Below, one piece after another: positions 55,166 to 64,000 of a stretch of DNA of 64,000 bases. The translations under genes were made by a program, and so were the position numbers. The DNA is from Chiloscyllium plagiosum. Taxonomy: Eukaryota. The DNA lies in assembly GCF_004010195.1 (NCBI RefSeq), contig NC_057745.1, positions 21,278,204 to 21,342,203 on the forward strand, written 5' to 3'. Each line of letters begins with the position of its first letter. Positions within the stretch are counted from its first letter, which is position 1. The notes under the pieces were generated by a model. That model saw nothing but the letters and a program-made list of their open reading frames with translations. It was not told the origin of the DNA and did no database searches.

Positions 55166-55368
55166 AAAATGTGTTGCTGGAAAAGCGCAGCAAGTCAGGC
55201 AGCATCCAGGGAACAGGAGAATCGACGTTTCGGGCATAAGCCCTTCTTCAGGAATCCCGAAACGTCGATTCTCCTGTTCCCTGGATGCTGCCTGACCTGC
55301 TGCGCTTTTCCAGCAACACATTTTCAGCTCTGATCTCCAGCATCTGCAGACTTCACTTTCTCCTCAAA
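55166..55368. mobile_element. Young foldback PLE end with 16-bp TSD
   Basis: ~70-bp arms with 1 mismatch; gaaaacagagggtatg at 55150-55165 and 55369-55384. Confidence 0.88.
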
Positions 55369-55589
55369 GAAAACAGAGGGTATGGTTCCTAACAATGAAG
55401 CAAACTAATAGGTAAAGATCTCAAAGTGTAAAACAAGTACTAGTTTAAACAGATCTCAGTGTCAAAGTGAAAATATTCCCAGATCACTTAATATATTGCA
55501 GCTGTCCACAAGTCATCTTGTTTTAAGTACAATAATATCATCTGGGACATCAAGGAACTAATACATCAATAAATGTAGAAGGATAGGAA

Positions 55590-56340
55590 AATAGAAGCAG
55601 GAATAGGCCATTTGGCCCTTCAAGTCAGCTCCAGCATCCAGTATGATCATGGCTGGTCATCCAATTCAGCACCGTGCTCCCACTTTTTCCGAATACCCTT
55701 TGATCCCATTAGCCCTGGTTAGCACTGCTGTCTCACAGCACCAGGGTCCCAGGTTCGATTCCAGCCTTGGGCAACTGTCTGTGTGGAGTTTGCACATTCT
55801 CCCCGTGTCTGCGTGGGTTTCCTCCGTGTGCTCCGGTCTCTCCCACAGTCCAAAGATGTGCAGGTTAGGTGAATTGACCATGTTAAATTACCCATAGTGT
55901 TAGGTGCATTAGTCAGAGGGAAATGGGTCTGGGTGGGCTGCTCTTCGGAGGGCTGGTGTGGACTTGTTGGGCCAAAGGGCCTGTTTCCACACTGTAGGGA
56001 ATCTAATGTAATCTAACCAAACTGTATTTAACTTTTGAAAACATTCAAATTTTTGGCCTCAACTGCTTTCAATGGCAGAGAATTCCATAGGATCCCCGCT
56101 TTCTGGGTGAAGAATTTTCCCCTCATCTTAGTGTTAAATGACCTTTCCCAAATCCTTGAACTCTGACTCGGTTCTGGACTCCCCAGTCATCAGGAACATC
56201 CTTCCTGCATTTAACCTGTCTCGTTTTGATAGAATTTCAGATGCTTCTAGAAGCTCTCCCCTCATTCTCTGGACTCCAGTAAACATTGTCCTAATCAATT
56301 CAATCTCACATTCTACATCAATCCTGCCAGCCCGGGAATC
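55590..56340 (-). mobile_element. CR1 3' fragment interrupted by a SINE
   Basis: Reversed CR1 tail at 55590 continues after 56016. Confidence 0.75.
55716..56016 (+). mobile_element. HE1-type V-SINE
   Basis: B box ggttcgattcc, V-domain, tail gggcctgtttccacactgtagggaatctaat. Confidence 0.9.
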
Positions 56341-56805
56341 AAGAGGTAACTTTGATGGTTTTGGCTCCTAGTAAAAGTTGACATAGAATTCAGATCGAAA
56401 GCTTGTCAAAATCACTGCTGCCAGTCTCACAGGGAAAGTAGGATAAAGCAGGAGCCATTTCCCCTTAAGAATAAGGAAAGAAATATAACATGTGGAAAAA
56501 TGTTTCTGCCTGAGATCGTTCTAGTTAGGAAGTCTCATTGAAGGATGAAATGTCACACCTTCTGTCTGAATTCCCCAGTTCTATGTAAAGTAAAAGGTTC
56601 AGTAATTTCACAACACTGCGGAAATTTCCCTGGAGTTCTGCGCTGTGCTTATGAAATGTTTGTCAGCAAAATGAAAGAAATCCCGACCATACCAGTTAGC
56701 TGGATGAGCTCCAAAGAAAGTCCTGTTGTCAACAACCTGGTGGTCAAAGATGCACATGAAAATACACAATGACTTAGGATGCATGAAAATCAAAACTGTT
56801 GATTA

Positions 56806-57077
56806 AATTAGATTCCCTACAGTGTGGAAACAGGCCTTTCAGCCCAACAATCCACAACGACCCTCCGAAGAGTAACCCACCCAGACCCATTTCCCTCTGA
56901 CTAATGTACCCAAGACTATGGACAATTTAGCATGGCTAATTCACCTGACCTGCACATCTTTGGATGGTGGCTGGAAACCCACGCAGACACGGGGAGAACG
57001 TGCAAACTCTAGACAGTTGCCTGAGGCTGGAATCGAACCCGGATCCTTGGTGCTGAGAGGCATTGAGCCACCATGCC
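56806..57077 (-). mobile_element. HE1-type V-SINE
   Basis: Reverse complement of the family at 55716-56016. Confidence 0.88.
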
Positions 57078-57319
57078 ACTCCAATTGTTTACAATTACAA
57101 TTGAAGTTCAGTTAATTAAACCTCTACATATTGTCTTCAGTCCCCAGCTATCACAAACATTGTGTTTTGACTATTGCCATCGATCCTCTCCCAGTCAAGA
57201 GTGCGAGGCAGAACCAGACTCTTCACAGCCTTTTGTACCCCAAGATAAGCTTCAACCTCATAACATCACCATCTCTACCGCTACTCACTTCTACCTCTGC
57301 AACATCGCCCATCTTCCCA

Positions 57320-58330
57320 CCAAGATGGGTGGGAGAGTGAGCTGTGAGGAGGATGCAGAGATGGGATTTGGACCAGTTGAGAGTTACGTGGCAGTTGAAA
57401 TATAATGTGGATAAATGTGAGGTTATCCATCTTTGGTAGCAAAAACAGAAGACAGATTATCTGAATGGGAATAGATTGAGAAAAGGGGGTGGTGCAAAGA
57501 GACCTGAGTGCCCTTGTAGAGCAATCACTGAAAATAAGCATGCAGGTGTAGCAGGCAGTCAAGGTGGCAAATGGTATGATGGCCGTCATATCATAGCTGG
57601 GGGAAGGGGGGGTGGGGAGTTGAGTCCAGGAGCAGAGATGTCTTGCTGCATTTGCGCAGGACCTTAGAGAGACCACACCTGCTGTACTGTCTGCAGGTTT
57701 GGTCTGAAGAAGAATGTCCTGGCTATGGAGGGAGTGCAACAAAGGTTTAGCAGACTGATTCTGAGAAAGATAGACTTGACATATGAAGAGGCGACTGGGT
57801 CAGTTAGGACTACATTCACTAGAATTTAGGAGAATGAGCAGGCAGCTAAAAAACCTATAAAATGCTAATAGGGTAAATGTCAGAAAGAGATTCCTGATGA
57901 CCAGGGAGTCTGGAACAAAGGTCACATTCTAAGGATTATGGGGTAGGCCATGTAAGGCAGAGATTAGATTAGATTAGATTACAGTGTGGAAACAGGCCCT
58001 TCGGCCCAACAAGTCCATGATGACCAGGGAGTCTGGAACAAAGGTCACATTCTAAGGATTATGGGGTAGGCCATGTAAGGCAGAGATGAAGAGAACCTTC
58101 TTACCCAGAGGGTGATGAGCCTGTGGAATTCTCTATGACAGAAACTGCTCAAGGCCAAAGCATTGAATGTTTTCAAGAAGGACTTAGATATGGTTCTCGG
58201 GGCAAAAGGGATCAAAGGGAGAAAGTGGGAAAAGGGTTCTGAGTTAGATGATCAACCCTGATCATATTGAATGATAGGACAGGCATGAAGGGCTGAATGG
58301 CCTACTCCTGCTTCTATTTTCTACATTTTT
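57320..58330 (+). mobile_element. CR1 fragment inserted into an older L2-like element (~57200-59360)
   Basis: WQLKYNVDKCEVIH motif and CR1 tail ggcctactcctgcttctattt; L2-like sequence (FYLCNIAHL / AAEIL..ALVTSRL) on both sides. Confidence 0.8.
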
Positions 58331-58759
58331 GTGTTTCACCCATCTCTACTCATCAGCTGCTGAAATCCTAACTTCTGCCTTAGTTACTTCCAGACTCAAG
58401 CACTCCAAAGTCCTCCTATACAGTTATCCACCTTGCATCTTTCATACACTTGAGCTCATCAAAATCACTGATGCAAACTGAATTATCTGCACTCGTCAGA
58501 TCTGCGTAGCCCTTACTCAGCAATGTATCTGAATGTTTTCTTGCCTGTTTTCAATCCTTCCATGTCTCTACCACCCAAGTTTCATCCAGCCCAACAACAC
58601 TGAAGTCTCTGCACTCCTCCAAATCTGGCCTCTCGAGTATCCCAGGATCTTAACTGCTCCACCATCACTGGACACTTCAAATTCCTCTCTCTCAGGTGTG
58701 GAAACTCTTTACCTTTCTGTCCATTTTTAAAATCCTCCTCAAAACCTAACTCCTTGATA

Positions 58760-59040
58760 ATCATTTATGATGGTGAGACCAAATGCAGACTGGGTGACCA
58801 TTTTGCAGGATATCTCTGCTCTGTCTGTAGGAATAACCTGACCTTCAGGTTACTTAACATTTCAGTAAACTGCACTACACCCGTGATAACATGTCTATGT
58901 GGGGTCTGCTGCAATAACCCAACAAAGCACAATCCAATATTGAATTCCAAGCTTGAGAATCGAAATGATGTTTGTTCTCCCCACCCTCACCAGCCCCCCC
59001 ATCCCATCCCCATGCTATCTTGCTTTCAAATCCCTTTGTG
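58760..59040 (+). mobile_element. Penelope GIY-YIG endonuclease fragment
   Basis: IYDGETKCRLGDHFAGYLCSVC resembles YIGETKRRLGDRFAEHLRSV. Confidence 0.65.
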
Positions 59041-61140
59041 CATCCTACCTCTGTAATCATCTCAAAAGGTTGTGGGGCTGGAGATGTCTATAGCATCCAC
59101 CTCTGCCCTTCTGAATGAATCCAATTTTAATCACCCCAAAGTTAATAGCAATGACTTTGTTCGCTTGGCCCTAGACTTGAGAATTCCCTCTCAACCTTAC
59201 ATTTTTTGCTTCAGATAGTCCTTAAAAGCTAACACTGGAGCCAAGTTTTTTGGTCAGCTAACCCAATATCACCTTAAGCAGCTTGATGATTTATAATGCA
59301 GCTGTAAATGACCTCGGGCCAATTTACTTCAGTAATGGCACGACAGAAATGTAAGTTTTGTTGCAGTCCTCAAGATTAGAGATTCTATTACAGATAACAT
59401 AAAGCAATCTGAATATAATCAAATATCATCTCTACAGATCATGTCCTAAATTTCTTATGCATGATTGCTGGAGACTTATCTGAATTTTCTATTGATATTA
59501 AACATCCATGCTTGCTTCAATTTATGTCACGTTAGTGATGTTATCCTTTAAGTTATTCCTACCACAGTTTCTACTCTCCACTGAGGTCAGTATTTTACCT
59601 CCTTAGGGATTCTGTCTGACGCTTTAACACTCTGAAATACAGATTTGCTTATGCAATAAGACACATCGAGTGGTACTGTTTCCTGACAGGGATTCATTTC
59701 ACTGTAAACCTCGTTACTCTCTGCTTCCAGTTCCCATCCTTTTCTGCAGAATTGGTGTTCATTGTCTAACATTTATTTTGGATTTGATTTACACTGTTTT
59801 AGCACAAAATATCTAGTCAAATGGAACCAAAATAAAAAAAGAGAATATTTAATTGTTCACACTGTATGTTATTTCTCCTGAAATTTGAACATTGCATTTA
59901 GTGACAAACCTGATTTTTAACCTATTATATTATTTTATTATAGGTGCTTTGGCAATTAATTCCATTTCTGCAGGAAAGCAAATTCCTGTGAGAAAATTCC
60001 CTAACCCATACTCTGCATTCTCCGAGTGTGCAGGCAAAGTAGACAATTTTTTATATGTATTTTAAATGAAGAATTTGGAGAACAAAATCCTCTCAGGTGA
60101 TTAGAATTGATCGATCTGATGCCAATCTCCGAAGGACCTGCTCAGTCCCCAGCTCTGACTGAACTACTTGAACAATCTCTCTCAGTATAAATTGGCTGGT
60201 ATCATCGCCTTTCTGTGCCTGCAGGGAAATTCCAAACATTTGAAAAATGCTGCTCAGCCTAGTATATCATGGTCCAATTCATCATCAACTGCAATTCTGT
60301 TGAATGAGAGACCACCTACAACTCATTCTGTCAAATATTTGATGTTCTCAGAAACGGAATGGCTGTATTTACCCATGTAATTTCTCATCTGTGTTGTGCT
60401 TTTCTCTGAGTTTACCATAACCAGGGAATATTGTGGCTGAAACTGAGTTGAGTGCTTTGGCAGTGCTGATCAGACTGGACCACCAACCAAATGGTGACAC
60501 TTGAGATTACACCAAGGAGCGTTGTGAAATCAGTTCAGTTCGGTTCAGAGATAAGTATTTATATAGTGGATGGATGTCAGATGCAATGAGCTTGAAGCAG
60601 ACAGACTGAAGGAAGGAGTTCAGGAACAAGATGCTGAGGCAGTGGAAGGCAGAAACCTCACTGGTGAGGTCAAGGCTATGGGTATGATGTAACTGAGGAT
60701 AAGCAGAAGAAACAGATACTTCAGATGGTTTGTGGCGGGAGGGTGATGGGAACAGATGGCACTGAAAGGGCAAAGGTGTAGGGTTTGCATTTCGGATGTA
60801 AACATGACCCAAATGCAAATTTTGTATCACTTGTCATGTCACAAGTCTGAAAGGTTACATGATCCAGCACGACAGAAACACTTCAGAATGTAACTAATTC
60901 TACTCTTCTATTATAAAGTTTAAAAAAAAAGAATAGCAATGTGGTGTAGAAATCAGGTGAAAATTCTCCAAAAAAAGAAACATTTTTACTAACTTTCTAG
61001 ACCTCTGCTTGCACAAAATCCAATTTTAAATACCTTAAGATGATTTTGGAGGGGGCTATGCTGAACCGTTCACCAACAGGGACTGATTCTGCAGTTCATA
61101 TCTAACAATGAGTGATGCTAGTTGCAGAGATGGATGCCAA

Positions 61141-62125
61141 AGCTGAAAAATGTGTTGCTGGAAAAGCGCAGCGGGTCAGGCAGCATCCAAGGAGCAGGAG
61201 AATCGACGTTTCGGGCAGAAGCCCTTCTTCAGGAATAAGGAGGGTGTGCCAAGCAGGCTAAGATAAAAGGTAGGGAGGAGGGACTTGGGGGAGGGGCATT
61301 GGNNNNNNNNNNNNNNNNNNNNNNNNNNNNNNNNNNNNNNNNNNNNNNNNNNNNNNNNNNNNNNNNNNNNNNNNNNNNNNNNNNNNNNNNNNNNNNNNNN
61401 NNNNNNNNNNNNNNNNNNNNNNNNNNNNNNNNNNNNNNNNNNNNNNNNNNNNNNNNNNNNNNNNNNNNNNNNNNNNNNNNNNNNNNNNNNNNNNNNNNNN
61501 NNNNNNNNNNNNNNNNNNNNNNNNNNNNNNNNNNNNNNNNNNNNNNNNNNNNNNNNNNNNNNNNNNNNNNNNNNNNNNNNNNNNNNNNNNNNNNNNNNNN
61601 NNNNNNNNNNNNGGGGGAGGTGTGGGCACAAGTTTTGCATTTCTTGCGGTTGCAGGGGAAGGTGCTGGGAGTGGAGGTTGGGTTGTTGGGGTTGTGGATC
61701 TGATGAGGGAGTCGCGGAGGGAGTGGTCTTTTCAGGATGCTGATAGGGGAAGGGAGGGAAGGGAAATATATCCTTGGTGGTGGGGTCTGTTTGGAGGTGG
61801 CAGAAATGACGAAGGATGATACGATGTATCTGGAGGTTGGTGGGGTGGTAGGTGAGGACGAGTGGGGTCTGTCCTGGTGGCGATTGCAGGGGCGGGGTTC
61901 AAGGGTGGAGGAGCGGGAAGTGGAGGAGATGCGGTGGAGAGCATCGTTAACCACATCTGAGGGGAAATTGCGGTCTTTGAAGGAGGAAGCCACCTGGGTT
62001 GTTCGGTATTGGAATTGGTCCTCCTGGGAGTAGATGCGGCGGAGGCAAAGGAATTGGGAATATGGGATGGTGGGAGGAGGTGTAATCTAGGTAGCTGTGG
62101 GAGTTGGTCGGTTTATAGTGAATAG
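61141..62125 (-). mobile_element. Penelope-like retroelement, 5'-truncated, spanning an assembly gap
   Basis: HYKPTNSHSYLDYTSSH (RT thumb region), MASSFKDRNFPSDVV, FPCNRKKCKTC (Cys motif before GIY-YIG), and a terminal repeat with hammerhead core. Confidence 0.88.
61303..61611. other. Assembly gap (N run)
   Basis: Run of n. Confidence 0.99.
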
Positions 62126-62604
62126 CCGAAGGCCTGGTCAGTTTCTTTGCAAATTCCATATTTTTAAAATATTTATATGCCTTGAAAAGATGCCAATGAG
62201 TGTGTGCTAAAAACACTGCTTGATTTGAAAAGATTAATTGATGGGCTGCAAATGGGCATAATTAACAGAAGCTCACCATGCTCATTAATTTGACAGGGGG
62301 GAAAGAAGCAGATTCATGGGAGAGTCAGTGACACGGTAGTTGTGACCCTGCCTCTGGGCTAAACGTTACATGTTCAAATCCCACTTGCCCCTAAGGTGAG
62401 TCATTACATTTCTGAATGTTTTTTAAAAATACATATATTTCTTTTTCCTGAGAATATTTTTAAGCCAGCACAAAAGGTTGTGAAATTTGATTAATGCAGC
62501 TTTTGACTTGCAGCCAAAATTCCTTGATCTCCTGCTCTGGTTTTGCTGATTTTGGGCACATGGTGCAATCGAGTGGAAGATCTGCTGTGTTTTAAGTTTG
62601 AGGT

Positions 62605-62715
62605 GAACTTGATGAAGGAGCAGCTTGCGGTTTCAAATAAACCTGTTGGACTATAATCTGGTGTCATGTGATTTCTGACCTTGTCCACCCCAGTCCAACA
62701 CTGGCACTTCCACAT
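62605..62715 (+). mobile_element. Probable PLE terminal fragment of another family
   Basis: ttgatgaaggagcagc...aaataaacctgttggactataa...ccccagtccaacac. Confidence 0.5.
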
Positions 62716-62848
62716 TTGGAAGCATGGGAGATGGTGAAACAAAACATAGGTCAACAATGACAGAAATTATCAGAGGACTTAGTGAGACACTACATGCCAG
62801 TGACGGAATTCAGGTGAGCTGGAGGATAGATTTCACCAGGTGTGGCGA

Positions 62849-63376
62849 TAGAGTCATAGAGATGTACAGCACGGAAACAGACCCTTCGGTCCAACCTGTC
62901 CATGTCGACCAGATATCCCAATCCAATCTAGTCCCACCTGCCAGCACCTGACTCATAACCCTTCAAACCCTTCCTATTCATATACCCATCCAGATACTTT
63001 TTAAATATTGCAATTGTACTAGCCTCCACAACGTCCTCTGGCAGCTCATTCCATACACGCACCACCCTCTGTGTGAAAAAGTTGCCCCATAGGCCCCTTT
63101 TATATCTTTCCCCTCTCACCCTAATCCTATGCCCTCTAGTTCTGGACTCCCCCACCCCAGGGAAAAGACCTTATCTACTACCTTATAAATGCCCCTCATG
63201 ATTTTATAAACCTCTATAAGGTCACCCCTCAACCTCCAACGCTCCAGGGAAAACAGCCCCAGCCTATTCTACCTCTCCCTGTAGCTCAAATTTTTCAACC
63301 CTGGCAACATCCTTGTGATTTTTCTGAACCATTTCAAGTTTCACAACATTCTTCCAATAGGAAGGAAACTAGAATT
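62849..63376 (-). mobile_element. CR1 3' end
   Basis: GESRTRGHRIRVRGERYK...VWNELPEDVVEA. Confidence 0.92.
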
Positions 63377-63454
63377 TCCCAGGATAGGAGCAGCTGCAAA
63401 AGCAATATTTGTAATGTATAGAACATTGCCAATTGGATACAACATTAGCTTTAT

Positions 63455-64000
63455 GATAGGAGACAGAAGGTGGTGGTGGAGGCTTGTTTTTTGGACTGGA
63501 AACCTGAGACCAGTGGTGCTCCATAGAAATTGCTGCTGGGTCCACTGTTATATGTCATTTATATAAATGAATTGAATGAGAATTTGGGAAGCATGGTTAG
63601 TAAGTTTGCAGATGACACCAAAATTGGTGGTATAGTGGACAGTGAAGCAGGTTATCCAAGATTACAAAAGGATCTTGATCAATGGGCTGAAGAGTGGCAG
63701 ATCGAGTGTAATTTGGATAAATGTGAGGTGTTGCATTTTGGTAAGGCCAACAAGGGCAGGACTTATACAGATAATGGTAGGTCCTGGGGAGTGGTGTCGA
63801 ACCGAGAGACCCTAGGGATTTGGGTACATAGTTCTTCAAAAGTTGCATCACAGGTAGACAGAATGGTAAAGAAGGCATTTGGCACGTTTGCCTTCACTGC
63901 TCAGACCATTGACATAGGAATTGGGACATACTGTCAAGGATGTCGGACAGGTCACTTTTGGAGTAACATATACAGTTCTGGTCACCCTATTATAGGAAGG
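63455..64000 (+). mobile_element. CR1 RT fragment (runs off the window)
   Basis: SKFADDTKIGG, DKCEVLHFGK, QFWSPYYRK. Confidence 0.9.

Noticed and set aside
61176-61743. Long ORFs across 61.2-61.7 kb
   Set aside because: Artefacts of the N gap
62849-64000. Head-to-head CR1 pair as a twin-priming inversion
   Set aside because: About 80 bp of unrelated spacer, the two halves look differently diverged, and the outer end is outside the window so no TSD can be tested
1-64000. CRISPR array or prokaryotic operon
   Set aside because: Eukaryotic sequence; no regularly spaced repeats or dense ORFs

Overview
Vertebrate genomic DNA, very probably from a shark (inferred from HE1/V-SINEs, SacSINE1-like DeuSINEs and abundant CR1 LINEs). 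The only host coding sequence I can support is the ~3.0-kb first coding exon of UNC13C (Munc13-3) on the minus strand. Its ATG is at 18038, its phase-1 donor follows 15038, and its probable acceptor is at 18323/18324. The rest is intronic or upstream sequence full of decayed retroelements: CR1, L2, Rex1/Babar, RTE, a Gypsy remnant, SINEs and many Penelope-like element (PLE) fragments. Main points of interest: (1) the UNC13C exon carries a coiled-coil + RRM module that looks like a domesticated LINE ORF1p; (2) at least three PLE families carry minimal hammerhead-ribozyme cores, two copies with an intact core on the UNC13C-sense strand; (3) many PLE ends are inserted as small foldback hairpins flanked by 10-16-bp target-site duplications; (4) a 53-bp SINE tail is flanked by a perfect 70-bp duplication. 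Repeat family names and boundaries come from pattern recognition and are approximate; no database search was run.
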